From the NCBI GenBank assembly GCA_035765775.1, contig DASTWV010000062.1, forward strand, positions 6,887-70,886: a stretch of 64,000 nt of DNA, read 5' to 3'. The stretch's first letter is position 1. Each line of letters starts with the position of its first letter. The notes below the pieces were generated by a model, which did no database searches, had not been told where the DNA came from, and saw nothing but the letters and a program-made list of their open reading frames with translations. The DNA comes from Actinomycetota bacterium (GTDB lineage Bacteria > Actinomycetota > CADDZG01 > JAHWKV01 > JAOPZY01). Below, piece by piece: positions 16,894 through 25,418 of the stretch. Position numbers and translations under genes: made by a program.

Positions 16894-18507
16894 ATGAGCC
16901 GGCTCCCGCGCCCGGTGCGCCTGGCGGTCGATGCCGTCGTGATCCTGGCGATCCTCGTGGGGGCCGGGGTGGCCCTGGCCAAGGTCACCGGGGGCCAGGC
17001 CACCCCCCGGACCACGACCCCGCCGCCCCAGAGCCCGGGCGTCAACCCGATCGCGGCCGAGAACCAGAAACTGGGCACCACGGACTGGAGGATCACCAAC
17101 ATCGCCGCCTCGGCGGGGATCGAAGGCTACGCCAGCCAGGTCAGCGCCCAGAAAGGCGACGCCGTCACCCTCTATGTCTCGACGTCCGCCGCCTCCTTTA
17201 CCGTCCAGGCCTACCGTATGGGCTACTACGGCGGCCTCGGCGCCCGGCTCGTGTGGCAGTCCCCGCCGGAGAAGGGCAGCCTCCAGGCTGCCCCGACCGT
17301 CCAGAACGGCACCAAGATGGTGACCGCAGCGTGGCGGGCGTCGCTGACCGTGCACATCGACGCCGCCTGGACGCCGGGTGACTACCTGCTGAAGCTGGTG
17401 GGCAAGGGGGGTCAGCAGCGCTATGTCCCGCTGACGGTGGTGGACTACGCCAGCCGGGCGCCCCTGCTGGTCGTCAACGCCGTGACCACCTGGGAGGCCT
17501 ATAACAACTGGGGGCAGTACAACCTCTACAACGGCCCCGACCAGTCCTTCGCGAGCCGGTCGCGCATCGTGTCCTTCGACCGGCCCTACGCCAGCGCCGG
17601 TTCGGCGTCCGACGCCCAGGACGGGTCGGTGGGTGACGGCTCGGGCGACTTCCTGGGCGACGAGTTCCCCCTCGTCTACTTCGCCGAGTCTTACGGCCTC
17701 AACGTCACCTACTTCACCGACGTGGACCTGGACACCCACGGCGCCCAGCTCGCCAGCCGCCACGCCGGGATCATCACCCTGGGCCACGACGAGTACTGGA
17801 CGGCCGGGATGCGCTCGGCGGTGACCGGGGCGCTGGCCAAAGGGGTGAACCTGGCCTTCCTGGGGGCGAACGCCATGTTCCGCCAGATCCGCCTCCAGGC
17901 GGCGCCGTCCGGCCCCGCCGACCGGGAGATCGTCGACTACAAGGTGGCATCCGAGGACCCCCTGAACGGCAAGGACGACGCCCACGTCACCGTCAACTGG
18001 CGTGACCCGCCGGTCAGCCAGCCCGAGAGCTCGGTGATCGGGCAGCTGTTCGAGTGCAACCCGGCCACGCAGGCGCCCGGGGTCGTGGTGGACGCCGGCG
18101 CCTGGCTCTTCGCCGACACCGGCCTGGCCAACGGCGACGCGCTGCCCAACCTCATCGGTCCCTGGTACGACCGGGTGAACCTGGCCTACCCGACGCCACC
18201 CAACCTGGAGGTGCTCATGCACTCGCCGGTCACCTGCCCGGGGGTGGGGGCTAGTGACTCCGACATGACCTACTACGCCGCCCCCAGCGGTGCCGGGGTG
18301 CTGGCCACGGGCACGACGGGATGGGTCTGCGAGCTGACCGCTTCCTGCGTGCAGGACCCGCGCACGCACCCCGACCCGCGCATCCTGCAGGCAACCAAGA
18401 ATCTATTGATCGCGTTTGGGTCCGGCCCCGCCGGCGAGGCTTATCCCTCTACCTCCAACCTTGCTGCGCTGGGAATCGCAGGGGCACAGCCAGCAAGATC
18501 CCCGTAA
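16894..18507 (+). CDS. membrane-anchored extracytoplasmic protein, N,N-dimethylformamidase beta-subunit-like family (tentative)
   Basis: It has an N-terminal TM anchor (AVDAVVILAILVGAGVALA), then NPIAAENQKLGTTDW, IEGYASQVSAQKGDAV and AVTTWEAYNNWGQYNLY. I remember these motifs from the DMFase-large-subunit-like family, from memory only. Confidence 0.5.
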   Translation: MSRLPRPVRLAVDAVVILAILVGAGVALAKVTGGQATPRTTTPPPQSPGVNPIAAENQKLGTTDWRITNIAASAGIEGYASQVSAQKGDAVTLYVSTSAASFTVQAYRMGYYGGLGARLVWQSPPEKGSLQAAPTVQNGTKMVTAAWRASLTVHIDAAWTPGDYLLKLVGKGGQQRYVPLTVVDYASRAPLLVVNAVTTWEAYNNWGQYNLYNGPDQSFASRSRIVSFDRPYASAGSASDAQDGSVGDGSGDFLGDEFPLVYFAESYGLNVTYFTDVDLDTHGAQLASRHAGIITLGHDEYWTAGMRSAVTGALAKGVNLAFLGANAMFRQIRLQAAPSGPADREIVDYKVASEDPLNGKDDAHVTVNWRDPPVSQPESSVIGQLFECNPATQAPGVVVDAGAWLFADTGLANGDALPNLIGPWYDRVNLAYPTPPNLEVLMHSPVTCPGVGASDSDMTYYAAPSGAGVLATGTTGWVCELTASCVQDPRTHPDPRILQATKNLLIAFGSGPAGEAYPSTSNLAALGIAGAQPARSP

Positions 18508-18537
18508 CAAAACGACCGGGCCCTGGAGGCCCGGTCG
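18508..18537 (-). terminator. rho-independent terminator between convergent genes
   Basis: A perfect 10-bp stem cgaccgggcc/ggcccggtcg (18513-18522 and 18528-18537) with a 5-nt loop. On the minus strand it is followed by UUUUG, 29 nt after the GT2 stop. Confidence 0.55.
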
Positions 18538-18565
18538 CAGTGTTGCCTGGGTTGGTTCTTACCGC

Positions 18566-19567
18566 TCAGGCGCCCGTCTCGGCGGACGCCAGGCGGGTGA
18601 AGCGGGAGTGCAAGATGGTGTTGAGGACCCGCAGGCCGTCCCGCACCGGGTGCAGGTGCGAGGTGCCGTTCAGCCGCTCGGCCTCCTTGGAGGGGATCTC
18701 GGCGATCCGCAGGCCCCGGCGCAGCGAGTTGACCACGATCTGGGTCTCGATCTCGAAGCCGTCGGCGTCGAGGCGCATCGCCGGGATCGACGAGCGCCGC
18801 AGGGCCATGAAGCCGTAGCACAGCTCGGTGAAGTCGGCGGCGAAGAGCAGGTTCACCATGCCCCGGAGGCAGTAGTTGCCCAGCTGCCGGGTGGGGGTCA
18901 GGTCCGTGGAGCCGCCGCCCGGGCAGGCCCGGGAGCCCTTGACCAGGTCGTAGCCGGCGTCCACTGCCCGCACGTAGCTCTCGATCTCCTGGGGGTCCAT
19001 GCTGCCGTCGGCGTCGATCATCACCACGACATCCTTGGTGGCGGCGGCGAACCCGGTGCGCAGCGCCACACCCTTGCCCTTGCGGAGGTCGGTGACGATG
19101 CGTACGTCGGGGCGGACAGCCTGCGCCACCTCGACGGTGCGGTCCCGGGAGCCCCCGTCAATGATGAGGATCTCGTCCACCCAGGTGGGCATGCGCTGCA
19201 GCACCCAGCCGATGTTGGCCTCCTCGTTCAGCGTGGGGATGATCACGCTGACCGTCGGCAGGCTGACCAGCCGGGGGTAACCGTCGAGGTCGCTCCACTC
19301 GGTGTCGAGCGAGTCCACCTGGGGGCCCGGCACCAGGGTGCCGGCGGCCTGCCGCCCACTGGCCTCGGGGCCAGCGTCGAGGGCGATGACCTTGTCGATG
19401 TCCTCCAGGAGCTCCCGCTCCGCCATCAGTTCGGCCATGAGCGTGTGGGCCGAAGTGGTGGTGGTCTCCAGTGCGTGGTCGAGGGCCGCGGTGTCGAAGG
19501 CCTCGGCCTGGACACGGGACCTGCGCTTCGGTGCCAAGAACAGCAGACGATTCGAAATCATAGCCAC
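18566..19567 (-). CDS. family 2 glycosyltransferase (Dpm1/GtrB-like polyprenyl-phosphate glycosyltransferase type)
   Basis: It has VSVIIPTLNEEANI...ILIIDGGSRDRT...KGKGVALRTGF...VVMIDADGSMDP. It also has a ~110-aa N-terminal extension. Confidence 0.8.
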   Translation of the reverse strand: MAMISNRLLFLAPKRRSRVQAEAFDTAALDHALETTTTSAHTLMAELMAERELLEDIDKVIALDAGPEASGRQAAGTLVPGPQVDSLDTEWSDLDGYPRLVSLPTVSVIIPTLNEEANIGWVLQRMPTWVDEILIIDGGSRDRTVEVAQAVRPDVRIVTDLRKGKGVALRTGFAAATKDVVVMIDADGSMDPQEIESYVRAVDAGYDLVKGSRACPGGGSTDLTPTRQLGNYCLRGMVNLLFAADFTELCYGFMALRRSSIPAMRLDADGFEIETQIVVNSLRRGLRIAEIPSKEAERLNGTSHLHPVRDGLRVLNTILHSRFTRLASAETGA

Positions 19568-20074
19568 GAGAACAGTCCCCCCCCGGGTCCTCTGTCAGCG
19601 ATTCGGACCTGCCAAGTGCTTCCCCTCACGGACGTACCTTCCTTCACCCAGCGCGTCGTTGAACGAGCAGTTAGCAACCAACCCGGGGTGCAGCAATCTG
19701 GCGGAATTGCCGGGAAATGAGGCGAGCACGAGTGTCCGACCGTGAGCACGTGTCACCAAGCGGCATCCGAGACCCCCTCGATCCCCAGTGCCGACCCGCC
19801 GACCAGGCCCCCCCGGTCTGCGGGTCGCCAACCCCCCTACACTTGATCCAGCACCACGTGCCCCCGGCTCCTCCACTCCGGGGGATGACCTAGTCCCCAT
19901 GGGTGAGCCCGAAGTACGTAGTTGGTACCCTCACTCAGTCGGGGAAAGCGGCCGCGAACTTGAGTTAAAATTTTCTAAGGGGCTCAACCGGACCGGCGTG
20001 ACCCGGCCCGCACGATCGTTTTGGGGCACGCCTGGGCAAAGCCAGCACGGCGCCTACCTGCCCGGGGTGGGCTT

Positions 20075-20083
20075 TGGTATAGT
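20075..20083 (+). promoter_or_regulatory. candidate extended -10 promoter element for infA
   Basis: TGgTATAGT lies ~100 nt upstream of the infA ATG. The -35 at the canonical spacing (tacctg) is poor. Confidence 0.3.
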
Positions 20084-20181
20084 GGCCGTTCGCCCTGCTT
20101 CCGGGATGGTTGTCGCGCGTGGTACCGGGAACACGGCTGGCGCGCGCATGGGGGGTGGGCCTAGAGGAGCACGGGGAGCGT

Positions 20182-20415
20182 ATGGCGAAGGGGAAGTCGA
20201 CCAAAGAGGACGTCATTGAGGTCGAGGGCTCGGTCATCGAGACCCTCCCCAACGCGATGTTCCGGGTCGAGATCCCGGGGGGCCACAGAGTCCTCGCCCA
20301 CATCGGCGGCAAGATGCGGATGAACTACATCCGGGTCCTGCCCGGGGACCGGGTTCTCGTCGAGCTCTCCCCGTATGACCTCACCCGTGGCCGCATCATC
20401 TTCCGCTACCGCTAG
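20182..20415 (+). CDS. infA: translation initiation factor IF-1
   Basis: [77 protein letters not shown] is IF-1, and GGAG lies upstream. The track ORF start at 20110 is upstream of the true start. Confidence 0.96.
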   Translation: MAKGKSTKEDVIEVEGSVIETLPNAMFRVEIPGGHRVLAHIGGKMRMNYIRVLPGDRVLVELSPYDLTRGRIIFRYR

Positions 20416-20475
20416 CCCCGCCCGACCACCCGCACCCGACCCGCACCGCCCGACCACGCACCACCAGGAGAAACC

Positions 20476-20589
20476 ATGAAAGTGAAGCCCAGCGTCAAGC
20501 GCATGTGCGAGAAGTGCAAGATCGTGCGCCGCCACGGGCGGGTCATCGTGATCTGCTCCAACCCCCGCCACAAGCAGAGGCAGGGCTAG
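20476..20589 (+). CDS. rpmJ: 50S ribosomal protein L36
   Basis: Too short to appear in the ORF track. My translation is [37 protein letters not shown], with the RBS aggag upstream. Confidence 0.95.
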   Translation: MKVKPSVKRMCEKCKIVRRHGRVIVICSNPRHKQRQG

Positions 20590-20967
20590 ATGGCGCGCAT
20601 CGCCGGTGTCGACCTCCCCCGGGAGAAGCGGCTGGAGATCGGCCTCACCTATATCTATGGGATCGGCCCTACCCGGGCCAAGGAAGTGGCCCGGGGAGCG
20701 ATGGTCAGCCCGGATACCCGCGTGCGGGACCTGTCCGAGGACGAGATCGTGCGCCTCCGGGGCTTCATCGACGCACACTTCAAAGTCGAGGGCGACCTCC
20801 GCCGCGAGGAGAGCCAGCACATCAAGCGCAAGGTCGAGATCGGCTGCTACCAGGGCCTCCGCCACCGCCGCAGCCTCCCGGTCCACGGCCAGCGCACCCA
20901 CACGAACGCCCGCACCCGCAAGGGCCCCAAGAAGACCGTCGGCGTGAAGCGCAAGAAGGGAAAGTAG
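20590..20967 (+). CDS. rpsM: 30S ribosomal protein S13
   Basis: [30 protein letters not shown] is a typical S13 N-terminus, and the gene abuts the rpmJ stop. Confidence 0.97.
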   Translation: MARIAGVDLPREKRLEIGLTYIYGIGPTRAKEVARGAMVSPDTRVRDLSEDEIVRLRGFIDAHFKVEGDLRREESQHIKRKVEIGCYQGLRHRRSLPVHGQRTHTNARTRKGPKKTVGVKRKKGK

Positions 20968-20976
20968 AGACCACCG

Positions 20977-21363
20977 ATGCCAAAGGCCAAGAAGCCCAAG
21001 CGCAAAGAGAAAAAGAACATCGTCCATGGGCAGGCGCATATCAAGTCGACGTTCAACAACACCATCGTCACCATCACCGACGGTGCGGGCAACGCGCTGT
21101 CATGGGCGTCGGCGGGCAACGTCGGCTTCAAGGGCTCCCGCAAGTCCACGCCGTTCGCCGCCCAGCTCGCCGCCGAGGCGGCCAGCCGCCGGGCGCAGGA
21201 GCACGGGGTGCGCAAGGTGGACGTGTTCGTGAAGGGGCCGGGCGCCGGCCGGGAGACCGCCATCCGGTCGCTGCAGGCCTCCGGGCTCGAGATCCTGGGC
21301 ATCATGGACGCCACGCCGGTTCCACACAACGGGTGCCGCCCCCGCAAGCGGCGGAGGGTCTAG
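20977..21363 (+). CDS. rpsK: 30S ribosomal protein S11
   Basis: It has ...[43 protein letters not shown]... Confidence 0.97.
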   Translation: MPKAKKPKRKEKKNIVHGQAHIKSTFNNTIVTITDGAGNALSWASAGNVGFKGSRKSTPFAAQLAAEAASRRAQEHGVRKVDVFVKGPGAGRETAIRSLQASGLEILGIMDATPVPHNGCRPRKRRRV

Positions 21364-21365
21364 CC

Positions 21366-21992
21366 ATGGCGCGTTACACCGGCCCCGTCTGCCGGCTCTG
21401 CCGGCGGGAGCGCATGAAGCTGTTCCTGAAGGGCACCCGCTGCATGGGCCCCAAGTGCGGCATCGAGCGGCGCCCCTACCCACCCGGCCAGCACGGCCGC
21501 GGGCGCATCAAGGAGAGCGAGTACCTGGTCCAGCTGCGTGAGAAGCAGAAGGCGCGCCGCATCTACGGCGTGCTGGAGAAGCAGTTCCGCCGCTACTACG
21601 AGGAGGCCGCCCGCTCCAAGGGCGTCACCGGCACCCGGCTGCTGCAGATCCTCGAGCTGCGCCTGGACAACGTCGTGTACCGGGGTGGTCTCGGCATGAG
21701 CCGGGACCAGGCCCGCCAGTTCGTCACCCACGGCCACTTCCAGGTCAACGGCAAGAAGGTGGACATCCCCTCGTACCGGGTGAAGTCCGGCGACGTGGTG
21801 GAGGTCCGGGAAAGGTCCCGCTCGGTCGGTCGTATCGTGGAGGCAGCGGCATTCGCCGCCGGCCGCCACATCCCGGACTGGCTGCTCCTGGAGGCGGGCG
21901 AGCTCAAGATCTCCGTCATGTCCGAGCCCGCCCGGGAGCTCATCGACATCCCTGTGCAGGAGCAGATGATCGTCGAGCTCTACAGCAAGTAA
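21366..21992 (+). CDS. rpsD: 30S ribosomal protein S4
   Basis: The ATG at 21366 is in frame inside the long track ORF 20505-21992. The translation is [26 protein letters not shown]...[13 protein letters not shown]. Confidence 0.96.
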   Translation: MARYTGPVCRLCRRERMKLFLKGTRCMGPKCGIERRPYPPGQHGRGRIKESEYLVQLREKQKARRIYGVLEKQFRRYYEEAARSKGVTGTRLLQILELRLDNVVYRGGLGMSRDQARQFVTHGHFQVNGKKVDIPSYRVKSGDVVEVRERSRSVGRIVEAAAFAAGRHIPDWLLLEAGELKISVMSEPARELIDIPVQEQMIVELYSK

Positions 21993-22058
21993 GCCAGCTC
22001 GCCAACAAGAGGCCGACCAGGCCCACCCAGAGCAGGAAGAGGAGAGGAGAGGTCCGCA

Positions 22059-23018
22059 GTGTCGATGGAATCCAGCCTGTTGATCGTGCAGCGCCCCCAG
22101 ATCACCGTCGAGGAGGTCTCCGACCGCCGCGGCCGATTCGCCATCGAGCCCCTGGAGCCCGGCTTCGGGTACACGCTGGGCAACTCGCTGCGGCGCACGC
22201 TCATCTCCTCGATCCCGGGAGCAGCGGTGACCACCGTCCGCATCGAGGGTGTCGCCCACGAGTTCTCCGCCATTCCGGGCTGCAAGGAGGATGTCACCGA
22301 CATCATCCTGAACATCAAGGACCTGGTCCTGCGCTCCGAGACCGACGACACCGTGACCATGCGGGTGTCGATCTCCGGGCCGAAGGAGGTCCGGGCCGCC
22401 GACATCCAGGTGCCCCCGGAGATCACGATCCTGAACCCGGACCTGCTGATCTGCACGCTGAACAAGCGGGGCCGGCTGGACCTGGAGATGACCGTCGAGC
22501 GGGGCCGCGGCTACGTGCAGGCGGACCGCAACAAGCCGGTGGGCGCCGCGATCGGCGTCATCCCCATCGACTCGATCTTCTCGCCGGTGCGCCGGGTGAC
22601 CTTCACTGTGGAGTCCACCCGGGTGGAGCAGAAGACCGACTACGACCGCCTGGTGGTGGACATCACCACCAACGGCAGCCTGGATCCCAAGGAGGCCCTG
22701 TCGGCCGCCGGTGGGACCCTGGTCGAGTTGTTCCAGCTCTTCGCCGAGCTGGCCCAGGGCCCGGGCCTGCGCCTGGGTCCCGAGCCGAGCGAGGGGGGCC
22801 GCAGCGCCGACCTCCTCACCCCCATCGAGGACCTGGACCTCTCGGTGCGTTCGTACAACTGCCTGAAGCGGGAGGGCGTCACGACCGTGGGGCAGCTCAT
22901 CGAGCGCTCGGAGGAGGACCTGCTGGACATCCGCAACTTCGGCCAGAAGTCCATCGAGGAGGTCAAGCAGAAGCTTGCCGAGATGAACCTGGGCCTGAAG
23001 CAGCGGGACTGGTCCTGA
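22059..23018 (+). CDS. rpoA: DNA-directed RNA polymerase subunit alpha
   Basis: It has ...[35 protein letters not shown]... and the C-terminal domain [22 protein letters not shown]. The start is GTG 22059 or ATG 22065. Confidence 0.97.
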   Translation: MSMESSLLIVQRPQITVEEVSDRRGRFAIEPLEPGFGYTLGNSLRRTLISSIPGAAVTTVRIEGVAHEFSAIPGCKEDVTDIILNIKDLVLRSETDDTVTMRVSISGPKEVRAADIQVPPEITILNPDLLICTLNKRGRLDLEMTVERGRGYVQADRNKPVGAAIGVIPIDSIFSPVRRVTFTVESTRVEQKTDYDRLVVDITTNGSLDPKEALSAAGGTLVELFQLFAELAQGPGLRLGPEPSEGGRSADLLTPIEDLDLSVRSYNCLKREGVTTVGQLIERSEEDLLDIRNFGQKSIEEVKQKLAEMNLGLKQRDWS

Positions 23019-23022
23019 TCTG

Positions 23023-23631
23023 ATGCCGAAGCCCCCCAAGGGTTCCCGCCTGGGAGCGGGGCCCGCCCACGAGAGACTCATGCTGGCCGGGCTGGCGGCC
23101 GCCCTCTTCCGGGAGGAGCGGATCCGCACTACCGAGACGAAGGCCCGCCGGCTGCGGCCGGTCGCCGAGAAGCTGATCACCACCGCCAAGGAAGGCACGG
23201 TCGCCTCCCGCCGGCGGGCGCTGGCGGTGGTCGAGGACCGGGACGTCATCCACAAGCTGTACGCCGACATCGCACCCCGCTTCGCCGACCGCAACGGGGG
23301 CTACACCCGCATCATCAAGCTGGCACCCCGCAAGGGCGATGCGGCCCCCCTGGTGCTCATCGAGCTGGTGGAGGGCGCGGCACCCGAAGCGGCACCCACC
23401 GAGGAGGAACGCCGGCGCCGCCTGCTGCGCCGCCGTTCCCGCGCCGCCGGCGAGTCGAAGGAGGCCGAGGAGAAGCCCGCCCGCCGGGCCCGGGGGGCCA
23501 CGGCTGCCGGGGCGGAGGACGCCGAGGACGTGGAGATCGAGGCGGCCGACGACGATGCCGACGAGGGCGAGGTCGAGGCAGCGGCTGCGGCCGACGAGAC
23601 TGAGGACACCGGGGACTCGACGGACGGGTAG
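23023..23631 (+). CDS. rplQ: 50S ribosomal protein L17 (with acidic/Ala-rich C-terminal extension)
   Basis: It has [53 protein letters not shown], followed by a low-complexity tail of ~80 aa. Confidence 0.95.
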   Translation: MPKPPKGSRLGAGPAHERLMLAGLAAALFREERIRTTETKARRLRPVAEKLITTAKEGTVASRRRALAVVEDRDVIHKLYADIAPRFADRNGGYTRIIKLAPRKGDAAPLVLIELVEGAAPEAAPTEEERRRRLLRRRSRAAGESKEAEEKPARRARGATAAGAEDAEDVEIEAADDDADEGEVEAAAAADETEDTGDSTDG

Positions 23632-24405
23632 CTGCCCACCTACCGGCTGCTGATCGCCTACGACGGGCGCCCGTACCACGGTTTCGCCCGCCAGCCTGAC
23701 CTCCGCACTGTGCAGGGCTCCCTGGAGGACGCCCTGTCTGCCGTGCTGCGCGTCCCGGTCACCACGACCGGAGCCGGGCGCACCGACGCCGGGGTGCACG
23801 CCCTGGCGCAGGTGGTGTCGTTTGCCACCCCGGAGCCGGCGGAGCCCTCCGAGGTCGTCCTGCGGCGGGTGAACGCCATGTGCGGGCCTGCCCTGGCCGT
23901 GCTGGCCCTCGAGGAGGCGCCCGAGGGCTTCGACGCCCGCTTCTCGGCGCTGGCGCGCAGCTACGAGTACGCCATCTTCACCCGAGAGGTCGTCGACCCC
24001 TTCTCCCGGTTCGTCACCTGGCACCACCCTGGCCCCCTGGACGAGTCGGCGATGCACGAGGGCGCCCAGGCGCTCGTGGGAGCGCACGACTTCTCGTCCT
24101 TCGGGCGCGTCCCCGAGGGCGGCAGCCCGGTGCGGGACCTGCGCTCGATCGCCGTGGAGCGCACCGGGGACCTGGTCACCGTGGCGGTGACCGCCAACGC
24201 ATTCATCCAGCAGATGGTCCGCTCCATCGTCGGCACGCTGGTGCGGGTGGGCGACGGGGCGCGCCCGGCATCGTGGGTCGGCGAGGTGCTGGAGGCTCGG
24301 GACCGGGCGGCGGCGGGCCCGGTGGCGCCCCCCCACGGGCTGTTCCTGGTGGGGGTCGAGTATCCCCCCGAGGGCGACGAACCGGTCGACTGGGAGCGGG
24401 AATGA
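23632..24405 (+). CDS. truA: tRNA pseudouridine(38-40) synthase TruA (start codon unresolved, non-canonical)
   Basis: GAGRTDAGVHALAQV is the catalytic Asp motif. The conserved N-terminal strand YRLLIAYDGRPYHGFARQ is encoded at 23641-23694, upstream of the first GTG (23710), and no ATG, GTG or TTG lies after the rplQ UAG. CTG codons at 23632, 23647 and 23650 are the only candidate starts. Confidence 0.85.
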   Translation: MPTYRLLIAYDGRPYHGFARQPDLRTVQGSLEDALSAVLRVPVTTTGAGRTDAGVHALAQVVSFATPEPAEPSEVVLRRVNAMCGPALAVLALEEAPEGFDARFSALARSYEYAIFTREVVDPFSRFVTWHHPGPLDESAMHEGAQALVGAHDFSSFGRVPEGGSPVRDLRSIAVERTGDLVTVAVTANAFIQQMVRSIVGTLVRVGDGARPASWVGEVLEARDRAAAGPVAPPHGLFLVGVEYPPEGDEPVDWERE

Positions 24406-24467
24406 GGTCACTTTGCCCGCTTTTCGGGGGCGAATCGACCGCGATGCCTGCCCCGGCCGCCCACTGG

Positions 24468-24496
24468 TTGACGCTTCGGCCCATCCCCACTAGGCT
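24468..24496 (+). promoter_or_regulatory. candidate sigma-A promoter for rplM-rpsI-glmM
   Basis: TTGACG (24468-24473), a 17-nt spacer, then TAGGCT (24491-24496, TANNNT type). This is the same architecture as the groES promoter in this window. Confidence 0.45.
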
Positions 24497-24505
24497 GTCT
24501 CAGCT

Positions 24506-25006
24506 TTGACTACGTCTGCGGGCGAGCTCGCTTCGCCCCCTGTGGGACCAGTCCCCGTGACAGCCTCTCCCGAGGAGCGCGTCTGGTGGGTGGTCGACGC
24601 CGAGAACCAGGTTCTCGGCCGTCTCGCCGCGCAGGTTGCCCATGTGCTCCGGGGCAAACACAAGCCGTCCTGGGCGCCGCACCACGACGTCGGTGACTTC
24701 GTGGTGATCGTCAACGCCGCCAAGGTGCGGATGACCGGCAACAAGGTCAACCAGAAGGTGTGGTACCGCCACTCCGGGTACCCGGGCGGCCTGAAGGCCA
24801 TCGGCTACAGCAAACTGCTCGGCGAGCGGGCCGACGTGGCCGTCGAGAAGGCGGTCAAGGGCATGCTGCCGCACAACCGCCTCGGCCGGGCGATGGGGCG
24901 CAAGCTGCATGTCTACACCGGCCCCACCCACCCCCACGCCGCCCAGCAGCCGCAGCCGCTGGCGATCAAGCCCACCAAGCCGGCGTCCGGCAAGCACAAG
25001 GGATAG
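24506..25006 (+). CDS. rplM: 50S ribosomal protein L13
   Basis: It has [45 protein letters not shown].... The track start at 24506 is TTG, and the GTG at 24557 ([15 protein letters not shown]) is an equally plausible start. Confidence 0.93.
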   Translation: MTTSAGELASPPVGPVPVTASPEERVWWVVDAENQVLGRLAAQVAHVLRGKHKPSWAPHHDVGDFVVIVNAAKVRMTGNKVNQKVWYRHSGYPGGLKAIGYSKLLGERADVAVEKAVKGMLPHNRLGRAMGRKLHVYTGPTHPHAAQQPQPLAIKPTKPASGKHKG

Positions 25007-25013
25007 AGCGACC

Positions 25014-25412
25014 ATGGCGGTAAGCGAACTGGCCCGGGCGACCGGGCGACGCAAGGAAGCGGTGGCCCGGGTGCGCCTGGCGCCCGGCGACGGCAACTTC
25101 GACATCAACCGTGGTCGCAGCCTCGAGGACTACTTCCCCAACCTGGCGGTGCGCATGACCATCCTGGAGCCGTTGCGGGTGGTCGGCCGGGAGAAGGCCT
25201 ACACCGTGTTCGCGCTCCTCGAGGGCGGCGGCACCACCGGCCAGGCGGGCGCCATCCGCCACGGGATCGCCCGGGCGCTGGTGGAGCTGGACCCGGAGCT
25301 GCGGGTGCCGCTCAAGCGGGCCGGCATGCTGACCCGGGACGCACGGGCCAAGGAACGGCGCAAGTACGGTCTGAAGAAGGCGCGCAAGGCCCCGCAGTAC
25401 TCCAAGCGCTAG
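25014..25412 (+). CDS. rpsI: 30S ribosomal protein S9
   Basis: The ATG at 25014 is in frame in track ORF 24909-25412. The translation is ...[12 protein letters not shown]...[19 protein letters not shown]...[25 protein letters not shown]. Confidence 0.96.
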   Translation: MAVSELARATGRRKEAVARVRLAPGDGNFDINRGRSLEDYFPNLAVRMTILEPLRVVGREKAYTVFALLEGGGTTGQAGAIRHGIARALVELDPELRVPLKRAGMLTRDARAKERRKYGLKKARKAPQYSKR

Positions 25413-25418
25413 CCCGCC

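Noticed and set aside
19276-19283. Isolated GGTAACCG/CCGGGTAACCGG copies at 19276 and 33768-33785, as additional members of the 58128-58164 repeat family.
   Set aside because: Both lie inside well-supported coding regions (the GT2 and UDG genes). They are short enough to be chance occurrences in GC-rich DNA.
19568-20074. The 614-bp divergent intergenic region before infA was searched for a tRNA, riboswitch, small RNA or gene remnant.
   Set aside because: I could not fold any cloverleaf or recognise any known riboswitch core. The track ORFs here (19788-20219+, 19965-20312-, 19595-19900-) have low-complexity translations. Only a weak extended -10 element was retained.
20416-20475. The C-rich repetitive infA-rpmJ spacer (cccgacc and cgcacc units) as a structured RNA or regulatory element.
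   Set aside because: It has no complementary G-rich partner nearby to form a structure, and it ends in a normal AGGAG RBS. It is probably just an unstructured spacer.
23380-23631. The long acidic/Ala-rich C-terminal extension of L17, and the shorter tail on L30 at 740-792, as possible novel fusions.
   Set aside because: Low-complexity C-terminal extensions of L17 are common in Actinobacteria, and mycobacterial L17 is also extended. They carry no domain-like sequence.
24544-24555. Recurrence of GGGAC/GTCCC inverted repeats at 5896-5930, 24544-24555 and 63012-63051, as a hint of a shared regulon.
   Set aside because: The spacings differ (4, 2 and 27 nt) and the half-site is only 5 bp. Such G/C pentamers are expected many times by chance in a ~70% GC sequence. 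Only the 5896-5930 pair and the 11-bp-arm repeat at 63008-63056 are reported, each on its own merits.
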